Assembly (NCBI GenBank): GCA_026134085.1
Contig: JAOQIN010000010.1
Span: forward strand, 1-44,333
Source: Candidatus Methanoxibalbensis ujae
GTDB taxonomy: Archaea; Halobacteriota; Syntropharchaeia; Alkanophagales; Methanospirareceae
Reading direction: 5' to 3'
Length of the DNA stretch: 44,333 nt
Part shown: positions 1 to 9,545 of the stretch, in pieces
Layout of the letters: each line of letters starts with the position of its first letter
How positions within the stretch are numbered: position 1 is the stretch's first letter
Notes under the pieces: generated by a model
Told to the model about the DNA's origin: nothing
What the model saw: the letters and a program-made list of their open reading frames with translations, nothing else
Databases searched by the model: none
Made by a program: the position numbers and the translations under genes

Positions 1-248
1 ACTCTAAGGAAGAGGAGAATCCGATGTTCTATGAGCGATGGAGCGTTTGAGGAGAGAGCATCGTGTCGAGGAAGAAATCAAATAACTGGCTGAAGCAGCT
101 GAAGCGTTTATGCAAGATATACGAGAAAATAGAGAGGAGGAGAGACAACTCACAAGCGCGGTTTTATAACTATGCATAGCGGTTGAAGCCTTGAAGCCTG
201 AAAAGAAATCTCAATCTTTCATCTGAAATTTCAGTCTTGGGTGACACC
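1..248 (+). mobile_element. Decayed 3' end of an IS5-like DDE transposase, with possible right end
   Basis: The frame from 24 reads MFYERWSV*...NNWLKQLKRLCKIYEK, resembling the IS5-family C-terminal RWxVE...WLKxxRRLxxRYEK. There is an in-frame TGA at 48-50. A possible terminal IR (GTCTTGGGTGACACC) lies at 234-248; its partner is outside the window. Confidence 0.45.
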
Positions 249-266
249 AAAACACGCATTATATAT
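249..266 (+). promoter_or_regulatory. Putative archaeal BRE/TATA promoter
   Basis: AAAACACGC followed by ATTATATAT (258-266), about 125 nt upstream of the ATG at 392. Confidence 0.5.
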
Positions 267-286
267 CTGCTTGTAGAATACTAAAG

Positions 287-391
287 AGGGGAGCCTGTTG
301 TCTCATACTCCGTGTCACCGTGAGGTGATAATGGGACAAGTTCTTTCGACGAAGCGGGAACCCAGCTGGATGCCCAAGTGAGGAGGTCACG
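287..391 (+). promoter_or_regulatory. Structured 5' leader (long hairpin with GUGA tetraloop plus second stem)
   Basis: TTGTCTCAT (298-306) pairs with ATGGGACAA (331-339); TGTCACC-GTGA-GGTGATA (313-330); GTTCTT/GGGAAC (340-361). G-U pairs favour the + strand. SD-like GAGGAGGT precedes the ATG. Confidence 0.45.
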
Positions 392-1882
392 ATGAAGGTC
401 ATGCTTATAGGATTGGATGGAGCATGCATTGATCTGATAGGGAGATGGGCATGTGATGGAAAATTACCGACATTTGCAAGGCTTATGAGCGAGGGAAGCT
501 ACGGAAATCTTGAAAGTGTCATACCCCCGCTGACTATTCCCGCATGGAACTGCCTGACAACAGGAAAGAATCCCGGGAAAACGGGAATATTCAGCTTCGT
601 GCAGAAGGAATTCGGGAGCTATGAGTTCAAAGTATATCTTGAGCGCTTCATAAAGGAGAGAGATGTGTGGGATGTGTTGAGTGCTCATGGAAAGCGCGTT
701 TTTGTTCTGAATGCGCCGAATGTGATATCCGCATACCCGGTAAATGGCAACATGATCGCCGGCATCCTCTGCCCATCGGAGAATCTATTGACTTATCCGA
801 GAAGTCTGAGGTGGAAACTGGAGGAACTCAATTACAACAGAGGCAGCGGATATCTCATATCATTTCTGGCTGCTGAGGACAGGACATTGTCAAAAACGCT
901 CATGGAGATAACAGAGTCAAACTGCAGGGTGCTCTTCCACCTCATGGAAGATGATTGGGAATTCGGCTTCGTGGTTTTCACCGAGCTCGATGGCGCACAA
1001 CACAAATTCTGGGAAAATGAAATGCTGCTTCTGAGACATTATCGCAATATTGACAGAAAATTGAAGGAAATACTGGATAAATTGCACAAACAAGATGATG
1101 AAGCCATAGTTATAATAGCATCTGATCATGGTTTTGGACCTAATAAAAGAGTGTTTCTTGTGAATGAGTGGCTTGCAAGGAAAAATCTTCTTAAATTGAG
1201 AAGGAAAACATCAGCTATTGCTTTCAATTCTTTTATTCGTGCCTTTGGAGAGGATCGCATACTGTCTGCGCTTGGTGTGTTTATGAGGTTTTCTTTTTTG
1301 ACGCCTCTATATGAGTGCCTGCTCAGGCGTGCTGTGAGCACACCGGTGAAATGGGAAAAGACTGTGGCTTTCAGCTACGGAAACTGGGGCACAATTTACA
1401 TAAACCTGAAGGGGAGGGAGCCGAATGGGATTGTTGAGGAGAACGAATATGAAGCGATGAGAAGCAGCATAATAAAAGAGTTGAGCAAAATATCAGTAAA
1501 GGCACACAGAAGAGAGGAGATCTATCACGGTGAATATGTTGAACATGCGCCCGATGTCATCATAGAGATAGATGAAAATGTGAACTCCGTCAGCGGGAAG
1601 GTGGGATATAACAGGGAGTTCATAAGAGGTTCTCTGCTGAGCGGGTATCACAGCAGAGATAACGGCACTTTTATTGCTTACGGTCATGGGATAAAAGAGA
1701 AAAACAGAATAAGTGCGAGCATATATGATGTGGCACCCACAATACTGTATATCTTCGGCGTTCCCGTCCCGATGGATGTTGATGGCAGAGTTTTGAGGGA
1801 GATATTCAGGGATGATATTTATATGGAAAGAAGGAGAATAACGACGGGGATAAAAGCACTGAAAGAATGTGGCAGGATATGA
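392..1882 (+). CDS. Alkaline phosphatase superfamily protein (type I phosphodiesterase/nucleotide pyrophosphatase)
   Basis: Motifs IGLDG, PPLTIPAWNCLTTGKNPG (Thr nucleophile), ELDGAQH, SDHGF, GYH and DVAPTIL. Confidence 0.9.
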   Translation: MKVMLIGLDGACIDLIGRWACDGKLPTFARLMSEGSYGNLESVIPPLTIPAWNCLTTGKNPGKTGIFSFVQKEFGSYEFKVYLERFIKERDVWDVLSAHGKRVFVLNAPNVISAYPVNGNMIAGILCPSENLLTYPRSLRWKLEELNYNRGSGYLISFLAAEDRTLSKTLMEITESNCRVLFHLMEDDWEFGFVVFTELDGAQHKFWENEMLLLRHYRNIDRKLKEILDKLHKQDDEAIVIIASDHGFGPNKRVFLVNEWLARKNLLKLRRKTSAIAFNSFIRAFGEDRILSALGVFMRFSFLTPLYECLLRRAVSTPVKWEKTVAFSYGNWGTIYINLKGREPNGIVEENEYEAMRSSIIKELSKISVKAHRREEIYHGEYVEHAPDVIIEIDENVNSVSGKVGYNREFIRGSLLSGYHSRDNGTFIAYGHGIKEKNRISASIYDVAPTILYIFGVPVPMDVDGRVLREIFRDDIYMERRRITTGIKALKECGRI

Positions 1883-1953
1883 TCGGGAGATGAACGGAAA
1901 AATAATGATGAGTAATGATGAGTTTGATATGTCGGTAACAATGACGGTATGAT

Positions 1954-3264
1954 ATGACGGTGATGGGGGGGGAGAGCGATGATAATGAAGGAGAAAGGCA
2001 CAGTGTCGTTCTTGTGACGATAGATTGTCTGCGGGCGGATTATGTGAGCTGTCTTGGTTTTCCTGAAGAAACAACTCCAACCATAGATCGTCTGGCAGGG
2101 GATGGCATTCTCTTCAGACAGGCGATATCCACAGGCACTTCAACCCCCATATCATTTCCGGGCATCCTCGCATCTGCTTATCCTCAGTACAACACCTGTG
2201 ATCACAGATGGCTCCCGAAAGACACACCTCTGATATCCGAGATTCTGCTGCGAGAGGGCTATAAAACAGCGGCATTCCATTCAGCACCTTTCCTCTCAAG
2301 ATATTATTCGTATGACCGCGGCTTCACATTCTTTTATGACTCCTTGGGAGATATGCGCATGAGCAGAATTATAAGAAATGAGAGACGCAGGATGATTCTG
2401 TTGAAAGCTAAATTTCTGCTCTCCCTGTTCACATTTCCGAGTCTGCCCTACAAAAGGGCTGAGATAATCACAGATAAATCGCTGAAATGGCTTGAAAAAG
2501 TGGAGAAAGGACAGCTTTTCTTCCTCTGGCTGCATTATATGGACACACACCCTCCTTATCTGCCTCCCAAATATGATATTGAAAAATCAAAAGTGAAGGA
2601 ATTGATGAGGAAATTGTTTAAAAACAGAGAGAAAATAACGGATAAAGATCTGAAATTGCTGCTCACACTGTATAAAAGCGAGATAATGTATGTTGACAGC
2701 GAGTTGAATCGTTTTTTTGAGGGACTTGGTGAGATTTATGACGATGCTTACATAATTGTGACTGCTGATCACGGTGAGGAGTTCAGGGAACACGGCATGA
2801 TAGGTCATGCGCTTCCCCGGCAGAAGCCATATGAGGAGTTGATTCATGTGCCATTGATAATCAGAGGTCCCGGACTGAAAAGGGGGCTCGTCGTTGATAG
2901 ATGTGTCAGTCTGCTTGAAATATCTCCAACCATATTGAATCTCCTGAATATCCGCGCTGAGAGCAATATTTTGACGAAGATGAGGAGGTGTGTGATAAGT
3001 GAGAGCTATGTCCTCGGAACCGGAGATATGTATGTCTCCCTGAGGACATCCGACTGGAAATTCATATTTGATTTGAAAAACAAAAGCTGCGAACTTTATA
3101 ATTTGAGAAGAGATCCACGGGAAAAGGATAATCTGTATGAAGAAGAAAAAGACAGAGCAGCAGTTTTCAGATCAATAATAAAAAAACATATTGTGGAGAG
3201 ACAGGTGGGAAAAGAACGCAGGATAATCGGAAAAATGACTGAGAATTTGAGAGGTAGAATATGA
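1954..3264 (+). CDS. Sulfatase-like hydrolase/transferase
   Basis: Motifs VTIDCLRAD, TPTIDRLA, LHYMDTHPPY, TADHGEEFREHG, ELIHVPLII and ELYNLRRDPRE. No canonical (C/S)xPxR motif. Confidence 0.88.
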   Translation: MTVMGGESDDNEGERHSVVLVTIDCLRADYVSCLGFPEETTPTIDRLAGDGILFRQAISTGTSTPISFPGILASAYPQYNTCDHRWLPKDTPLISEILLREGYKTAAFHSAPFLSRYYSYDRGFTFFYDSLGDMRMSRIIRNERRRMILLKAKFLLSLFTFPSLPYKRAEIITDKSLKWLEKVEKGQLFFLWLHYMDTHPPYLPPKYDIEKSKVKELMRKLFKNREKITDKDLKLLLTLYKSEIMYVDSELNRFFEGLGEIYDDAYIIVTADHGEEFREHGMIGHALPRQKPYEELIHVPLIIRGPGLKRGLVVDRCVSLLEISPTILNLLNIRAESNILTKMRRCVISESYVLGTGDMYVSLRTSDWKFIFDLKNKSCELYNLRRDPREKDNLYEEEKDRAAVFRSIIKKHIVERQVGKERRIIGKMTENLRGRI

Positions 3265-4821
3265 TCATGAATTCAATCTGTGTGATATCAATTTCAACAT
3301 AATCATGTCCTCCTCATCAAGGCTTCTTGTGATGAGAAAACATGCGCCATAAACGGCTGAGGACAGAAGAAAGAAGGAGGCGACAGCCCATATGGATGTG
3401 CAGCATAAATAACCGAAAACAAGATAAGAAACGGATAAAAGAGGTGTTGATGTGATTACTGGTTTGAGATATTTCTTTGTGAAGGGATGTATTCCGTGAA
3501 TATGAAAGATCTGCACGGATGTGAGTGCATTTATCACGGCGATGGAGATTGCGGAAGCCATAGCTGCACCCGTCATACCGTGCGATTTTATGAAAATTAT
3601 ATTTAAAGTTGCGTTCATCGCCACTCCTATAACACTGTTCATCATGCTGAGTCTGGTTTTCCCGAGCACAACCAGTGTCATCATATTGGGTCCCAGGAAA
3701 ACATGGATGAGCATTCCGGCTGCCAGTATCTGGAGGGCTGTGCTCGCTTGAGCATACGAGTGTCCGAATATGAAACCCAATATTTGCTCCGGGAAAAGAA
3801 AAACTGTTATAAAAAAGGGGAATGTTAAAGAGAAAATCCATTTAGTAAGCACAGTATAACATCGTTTCACCTCATTTATCTGTCCTCTTGAATATAATTG
3901 TGATGCTATTGACACATAGATAAATGTCAAAGAGGATAGAAAAATCTGAATGAGCTGAGATGTGGAGCGTGCTGTGTTGTATAATCCCACGATGTCAGCT
4001 GTTCGGAAATATCCGAGCATCAGATTATCTGTTCTGAGCATAATTATGCCTGAGACATTTGCTATGAGCAGAGGTGTTGAGAAAAGGAGAAGACTCTTTA
4101 TGCCACCGTTCAGATAACTGCCGTTAACGCCGCAGGCTCTGAGTGTATATGCAGCAAACAGGATCGTGGTGGTCATTATTGCGAGAAAATAAGCGCAGAT
4201 AATTCCCAGTAATGAATAACCGAGAGCGACAGCGAACGCAATGAAAATCACTTCAAGCGCATACATGAGCACATCTCTGAAAATTACCTTCTCCTGAATT
4301 CTGTCATATCCTCTGAATACCGATGATAGCATCTCCACTGTCACATAGAAGGGAAGAGAAACAGCGAAAATCTGAAATATTGGCTGTGACGATGCTGGCA
4401 GATGGAAGAGAGATGTGAGAAGAGGAGATGCGAAGAAAAGGGATGCACTGCAGATGGCGCTCGCGAGTAGTGAGAGTTTAAGTGATGCAACTGCGACACC
4501 TCTTGCCCTCTCAAATTCTCCCCTGCCACGAAAGAATGCGATGCATCTTGGAGCTGCCGCTTGCAAACCAAGAGAGGCGAGAATCACACAGATCTGGAAA
4601 AGCGAGAGGGAAAGACTGAAAATTCCATACTCATATTGTGATGTGTGTCTTGCGACAAGCACTTTTATGACGAAATCAAGAATTCCGAAAATGACAAGCC
4701 CGAAGAATGCGAGTGCTGTTCCTTTTGCTGCTCTGAAGAGAGCATCTGCGATCTCATCCTGCAGGCCGTGGCTGTTCTCCTCTTTTTCACACTTCTCCTC
4801 TCCTCTGAGCATTCTTTTCAC
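3265..4821 (-). CDS. Polysaccharide flippase (RfbX/Wzx, MOP superfamily)
   Basis: Many TM helices; YGIFSL, TDNLMLGYF, VGLYN and GAAMA patterns. The start may be the ATG at 4812. Confidence 0.9.
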   Translation of the reverse strand: MKRMLRGEEKCEKEENSHGLQDEIADALFRAAKGTALAFFGLVIFGILDFVIKVLVARHTSQYEYGIFSLSLSLFQICVILASLGLQAAAPRCIAFFRGRGEFERARGVAVASLKLSLLASAICSASLFFASPLLTSLFHLPASSQPIFQIFAVSLPFYVTVEMLSSVFRGYDRIQEKVIFRDVLMYALEVIFIAFAVALGYSLLGIICAYFLAIMTTTILFAAYTLRACGVNGSYLNGGIKSLLLFSTPLLIANVSGIIMLRTDNLMLGYFRTADIVGLYNTARSTSQLIQIFLSSLTFIYVSIASQLYSRGQINEVKRCYTVLTKWIFSLTFPFFITVFLFPEQILGFIFGHSYAQASTALQILAAGMLIHVFLGPNMMTLVVLGKTRLSMMNSVIGVAMNATLNIIFIKSHGMTGAAMASAISIAVINALTSVQIFHIHGIHPFTKKYLKPVITSTPLLSVSYLVFGYLCCTSIWAVASFFLLSSAVYGACFLITRSLDEEDMIMLKLISHRLNS

Positions 4822-4885
4822 TTTTTGAAATTTCTTCTCATTTTTTTCTCGTGCTCAAATCTGACGCTTTTCATGTTCCCGCTGC

Positions 4886-4912
4886 GGAGTGCAGGGAGTG
4901 CAGGGAGTGCAG
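4886..4912. repeat. Tandem repeat GGAGTGCAG x3
   Basis: Three exact 9-mers in the divergent intergenic region. Confidence 0.9.
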
Positions 4913-5024
4913 GGGCGGCAATGAGGAGCAAGGGCGGCGATGAGGAGGCGGAGATACGGAATAAAACAGAAAGTTTTATATTTTATTTTCGTGAAGAGGA
5001 GGCGGATGGAGAGGTGTTTTTCAA

Positions 5025-5633
5025 ATGGAGAAAGGAGAGATTGTGCTTATAGGACTTGTTGTGCTGACGTTCATAGGTTTTGCCGGTGGCGCTGTGATCA
5101 TGCAACAGCAGATGAAGCACATGCCTATGGAGAGCTGCGCTCAGATGTGCCACGAGATGCACGAATATTATGTTTCTTTCATAGAATCGGAACATGCGAA
5201 GGAAATACATGACTGCCATGAGTGCCACGAATCTCATGAGGATATGATAGGTGAAATGCTGATGTATGGCAAGGAGATGGTGAAGCACATGGAAATACAG
5301 TATCATAAGATGCATGGCGGAGAGGTTGAGAAAATAGAGCAGAAGCCGCCTTCCTCTCCAGAAAATGAGGTGTGCATGAAGTGCCACGAGACAGGTGAGA
5401 AAGGAGCGCCAATCGTGTCTGAGGAAATTTCGCCAAACGGCACAACCTGCATCACCTGCCACCTCACCATACCGCATGAGGAGCATCCGATAGGCGAATA
5501 CGGAAAGCCGGACAGCAAATATCGGGGATATGAAAGCCCTGTATATGAGGGGAGAGAGTGCGTAGCATGCCACAGTGATCACTCAATGGTGGTGACAGAA
5601 GACACATGCGTGAGCTGCCACAGGCATTATTAG
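5025..5633 (+). CDS. Membrane-anchored multiheme cytochrome c (6 heme motifs; NapC/NirT/NrfH-like N-terminus)
   Basis: N-terminal TM helix, then CAQMCHEM (CX3CH), CHECH, CMKCH, CITCH, CVACH and CVSCH. TATA-like AAAGTTTTATA at about 4970-4980. Confidence 0.9.
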   Translation: MEKGEIVLIGLVVLTFIGFAGGAVIMQQQMKHMPMESCAQMCHEMHEYYVSFIESEHAKEIHDCHECHESHEDMIGEMLMYGKEMVKHMEIQYHKMHGGEVEKIEQKPPSSPENEVCMKCHETGEKGAPIVSEEISPNGTTCITCHLTIPHEEHPIGEYGKPDSKYRGYESPVYEGRECVACHSDHSMVVTEDTCVSCHRHY

Positions 5634-5681
5634 AGGGAAAAAACAGCAGAAGGAAAAAAACAGCACGCACTGCAGCGGAGA

Positions 5682-6650
5682 TCACAGCAGCCTCGCGTTC
5701 AAAATGCGATAATCGCCGTTCAGACAGCACTTCACAACATCCTTCAAAAACTCCACATTTCTGTGCAAATAAGTGCGCGCTCTCTCATATATGTCATCAA
5801 CGCCCTGCCGCAACGACCTCGCATATTCTCTTATGTATTGCTGCTCGCTCAGATATCCAGCTTTGAACTCCACTGATGCTCTGTGTATCATATCAGAAAT
5901 ACATTTCATCACATATCCGTCAGGCATAACAAACAGAGGAGTGCCGAAAATTTCTATTATCTCATCACATTTTTCAATTTTTTCAATCTTTTTAATTTTT
6001 TCAATCTTTTCAATCAAAAACGCATTTATCGCATATCTCTGCATCCCTCTTGCGATCTTTTCCTCCATCTCCATCACATGAACAGGTGCTGATATCCTCG
6101 GTGAAATCCTTATTATTCCCGCTTTTTCAGCTTTTTCATTTCTTTCGGCTCTTTCAGCTTCATCTCTCGCAATTTGCAGCAGTTCAGCGTAGAGATTTGC
6201 ATATTCATCACTCAGTATGTGAGCATGTGTGTCCTCATGAACGATCCTTATCAGTATGAATCTCGGAACAGACAGGTCATACACCTTATATCTGCGGCGA
6301 AAAAACCCGACCCTCAGGATCTCATAGTTCTCCATCAGAATGAAAGATGTTCCACTTCTGACATCAAACATTGAAAAATATAAGTGTTCAAGATGAGACT
6401 TCACAGTTGTTCTTCCTGCGGAAACTGCATCACTCAAACGCTCACCTATCCATTTTGACGCACTTCTCATTCCTGTTTCCCTTTCAAATTTGAGAACGAA
6501 CTGCTCAATTTCTCCAAGTATATCAAAAAATCTCTCTGCTGATATGTTGTTCATGCTGTTAAATGTGCGGAAGGGCTCTTCGTCGGCACTTTCAATCATC
6601 CTCTCCGCGCTGTCAGTGAGTTTCAGCTTCCAGTGCCTTTTCATTGCCAC
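5682..6650 (-). CDS. Hypothetical protein with HExxH motif (putative zincin metallopeptidase)
   Basis: 322-aa ORF directly downstream of porD; RIVHEDTHAH and a downstream MEEKIA; internal KIE repeat. Confidence 0.6.
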   Translation of the reverse strand: MAMKRHWKLKLTDSAERMIESADEEPFRTFNSMNNISAERFFDILGEIEQFVLKFERETGMRSASKWIGERLSDAVSAGRTTVKSHLEHLYFSMFDVRSGTSFILMENYEILRVGFFRRRYKVYDLSVPRFILIRIVHEDTHAHILSDEYANLYAELLQIARDEAERAERNEKAEKAGIIRISPRISAPVHVMEMEEKIARGMQRYAINAFLIEKIEKIKKIEKIEKCDEIIEIFGTPLFVMPDGYVMKCISDMIHRASVEFKAGYLSEQQYIREYARSLRQGVDDIYERARTYLHRNVEFLKDVVKCCLNGDYRILNARLL

Positions 6651-6694
6651 TGTGAATGCGGGATGCGACGCTGTTGCCTGCGCTGCGATGTGAG

Positions 6695-6982
6695 CTACTC
6701 CTTCTTCTCCTCAATCATTCTGATAACGCCCCTCGGACATTCGTAGGCGCATATGCCGCAGCCCTTGCAGTAATAGAGATTGGCATCAAAATATCCGTCT
6801 TCTGTTCTGTATATGCATCCTTCAGGGCAGAATATGTAGCAGATACCGCACTTTATGCACTTTTCATTGTCTCTGACCGGTACTTCTGAGCGCCAATCAC
6901 CCGTTTTGTATTCTGATGCGCTGCCGGGTTCTTTTACAATTGCTCCAATCTCCACCTCATGCCACTTTATGTCTATCTTCAT
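6695..6982 (-). CDS. porD: 2-oxoacid:ferredoxin oxidoreductase delta subunit (2x[4Fe-4S])
   Basis: YKTGDWRS, CIKCGICYIFCP and YCKGCGICAYECP. Confidence 0.9.
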   Translation of the reverse strand: MKIDIKWHEVEIGAIVKEPGSASEYKTGDWRSEVPVRDNEKCIKCGICYIFCPEGCIYRTEDGYFDANLYYCKGCGICAYECPRGVIRMIEEKKE

Positions 6983-7060
6983 ACTATCTCACCTCCTCTT
7001 ATCTCTTATCTCACTTCCCATTTCTCATTTCTCACTTCTCACTTCTCATTTCCATGTTTC

Positions 7061-7627
7061 CTATTCTCCTCTCTCTCCACTCAACTGCTGAACCCGCACT
7101 TGTGTCTCATCGTATGCCTTTCTCATTGTATCTATGTTTTTTGAGGCGAGTTTTCCGAAGCGCTCCCGCATTTTTTCTTCCAGCGAATTCAATGATACAA
7201 TTCCCGTGGCTTTTGTAAGCGCTCCAGCCATTGCTGTGTTTGTTATAGGGACGCCGAGTATCTCTCTTGCGATGCTTGTAGCATCAACTGTCGCGACTTT
7301 ATGTGCAATTTTCAACTCCTCAGGCTTTTTATTCGTGTTGACAACAGCGGTCCCGTCCTTTTTCAGTCTATCAACAACATCTCCGACGCCGAGCAGCGAT
7401 TCATCAAGGACAATAAGCACATCAGGCTCCAATATCTCAGACCGAATTTTTATGCGATCCTTCTCATCCACACGAACAAACGCGAGAACAGGTGCACCCC
7501 TCCGCTCAGGTCCGAAGGACGGCATTGACTGCGCATGCTTTCCCTCGTAAATCGCCGCATGTGCAACGAGCTCGGCAAGCGTTACGCCACCTTGACCTCC
7601 TCTGCCGTATATGCAAATCTCTATCAT
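7061..7627 (-). CDS. porG: 2-oxoacid:ferredoxin oxidoreductase gamma subunit
   Basis: MIEICIYGRGGQGGVT, SFGPERRGAP and NTAMAGA. Start reassigned to the ATG at 7627. Confidence 0.9.
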   Translation of the reverse strand: MIEICIYGRGGQGGVTLAELVAHAAIYEGKHAQSMPSFGPERRGAPVLAFVRVDEKDRIKIRSEILEPDVLIVLDESLLGVGDVVDRLKKDGTAVVNTNKKPEELKIAHKVATVDATSIAREILGVPITNTAMAGALTKATGIVSLNSLEEKMRERFGKLASKNIDTMRKAYDETQVRVQQLSGERGE

Positions 7628-7855
7628 CAACAGAAAATCCCCATCACAAAATATAACTTGTTTCCCATTTCCTGCACTGCACCACACTCCACGCATCCCA
7701 CTTCATGCTTCATACCTTATACTCTATACCATGCCTCATACCATACTTCACACTTCACAACAATTATATCACACAGCACATCTCACTCATCACTCCTCGC
7801 CCATCGTACATCATTCATCACTCATCCTTCATCTCACTCCTCATCATATGAGCTC

Positions 7856-7887
7856 ACAATCTCAGCAGTTTACAATCTCAGCAGTTT
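7856..7887. repeat. 16-bp tandem duplication spanning the stop of the Cas4-like gene
   Basis: ACAATCTCAGCAGTTT x2, exact. Confidence 0.95.
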
Positions 7888-8715
7888 GGATAACAGTGTT
7901 TCGCCTTTCACATTACAATGCTCGTTGAAAATGCAGAGATGGCAGGGTGCATGATCGCCTTTTTCGGGGAATTTCCCGCTTTTTATTGCTCTCACACGCT
8001 TCAACGCGTGCAGAGCCACAGCTCTGTCCTTTCTTCTTATGACTGTGGCTCTGAAAGAAGCATCTCTGATGTATTCCACAAATCCCCTGCTGACTGTGAT
8101 GTTGTATGATTCCTCTATCAAAAATGCGTAAGCGGCGAGAGATGCCCTGTCGGAAGCCCACACGCCCATTTCAGGGCTTTTTCCGGTGCGGATTATGCAT
8201 GGCACCTTTTCCTCATTGTCTATCTCTATCATCTTGTCAACGCATCCGCTCATTCTCAGCTTTGAGGAGAACATCAGATGTTCTCGTATGAACCCGTGCT
8301 TGATCTCCGTTTTTATAATCTCACTTCTCGCTGATTTCATGATAATCTGCGATCGCTTCATATATTCTATGAAATCTCTGTGTATTTCTCTCAATATGTT
8401 GTCATCTATGCATCTCAAATTGTCACTGTAAACATATCTCAAATCTTCCATAATGCTTTGAGCGAGGTTTTCAATTACCTCTTCCTTCTCTCCACAGTCA
8501 GCCAGTTCCTTCACCGTTTCTGGCAATTTAAATGCGAGCTCTCTCAGAAGCATTTTCTCTGTCATGCGTCTCATGCGAGCTTCCTGCGCTGCAGTGTTCT
8601 CTGATTGCTGCGCTTTAAAATAAAGTATGCGAGGGCAGAGGAAGAAAGTTGAAATATCGGAAACCTTCACCTCACCGCGCATGTCTTTTATTTGTCCGTT
8701 ATTTATTTCTGACAT
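7870..8715 (-). CDS. Solo Cas4/Dna2-like PD-(D/E)xK protein with 4-Cys Fe-S staple
   Basis: N-terminal VSDISTFFLCPR, C-terminal CHLCIFNEHC, central LRMSGCVDK. No CRISPR array or other cas genes nearby. Confidence 0.8.
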   Translation of the reverse strand: MSEINNGQIKDMRGEVKVSDISTFFLCPRILYFKAQQSENTAAQEARMRRMTEKMLLRELAFKLPETVKELADCGEKEEVIENLAQSIMEDLRYVYSDNLRCIDDNILREIHRDFIEYMKRSQIIMKSARSEIIKTEIKHGFIREHLMFSSKLRMSGCVDKMIEIDNEEKVPCIIRTGKSPEMGVWASDRASLAAYAFLIEESYNITVSRGFVEYIRDASFRATVIRRKDRAVALHALKRVRAIKSGKFPEKGDHAPCHLCIFNEHCNVKGETLLSKLLRL

Positions 8716-8762
8716 CTATTTCTATTGGTAAGGAGGAAACAGAGAAGGAGGTGTGGACAAAG

Positions 8763-9503
8763 ATGTTCCGTGCCCGGATAGATGCATCGCTCTTAAAGGA
8801 GTGCGTGGATGCGATCACTGCTGTTGTGGATGAATCACGCCTCAAAATCTCGGATGATGGCTGGCGAGTCCGTGCGGTTGATGCCGCGAATGTGGCACTG
8901 ATAGATTTTGAGCTGAGGAGAGAGGCATTTGATGAATATGAAAATCAGACTGATGAGGAACAGGAAACGGAAATAGGGATTGATTTCTCAAAATTGAGTG
9001 ATATTTTGCGTGTAGGCTGGCGGAAAGGTGACATCACACTGGAATTAAATGACAAATTGCATGTAAAGATGAATGCACTTTCATACACATTATCTCTTAT
9101 AAGTATTGAAACATTGCGAAAGGAGCCAAAATTACCTTCATTGGAGTTTCCAACGAGGGTTGTATTGGATGCTGAAGATTTCAGAAAAGTGATAAAAGTG
9201 GCTGAGAAGATGGGGGATCATATCGTGATGGGCGTTTCCGGCGATGTTTTTTTCATGGAGGCGGAGAGTGAGATGGATTCAATGCGATTTGAGCTGAGGA
9301 GAGAAGAGCTCCTCTCTCTCTCAGGAGATAACGCCCGCAGTATATTTTCGCTTGACTACATTGCTGCGATGAGCCGTGCGATGAATGTGGAGACAGTCAC
9401 GCTTTATCTCGGCACTGATTATCCTCTGAGAATTGAGTTTGAGCTCGCCGACGGCGCAGTTCACATCATGTATCTGCTTGCTCCACGCATAGAATCTGAG
9501 TGA
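8763..9503 (+). CDS. pcn: DNA polymerase sliding clamp PCNA
   Basis: AVDAANVAL, FSLDY, LGTDYP and YLLAPRIE. Start reassigned to the ATG at 8763. Confidence 0.96.
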   Translation: MFRARIDASLLKECVDAITAVVDESRLKISDDGWRVRAVDAANVALIDFELRREAFDEYENQTDEEQETEIGIDFSKLSDILRVGWRKGDITLELNDKLHVKMNALSYTLSLISIETLRKEPKLPSLEFPTRVVLDAEDFRKVIKVAEKMGDHIVMGVSGDVFFMEAESEMDSMRFELRREELLSLSGDNARSIFSLDYIAAMSRAMNVETVTLYLGTDYPLRIEFELADGAVHIMYLLAPRIESE

Positions 9504-9545
9504 AGGTCGCCATATTCAGCATGCTGAGTGTGCGAAGGGGTGGCA

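Noticed and set aside
288..345. Group II intron domain V
   Set aside because: It begins GAGCC, but stem length and bulge do not fit domain V, and no domain VI or RT gene is seen.
5631..5700. Pyrrolysine read-through of the cytochrome TAG
   Set aside because: The extension has no further CxxCH and runs into the convergent gene.
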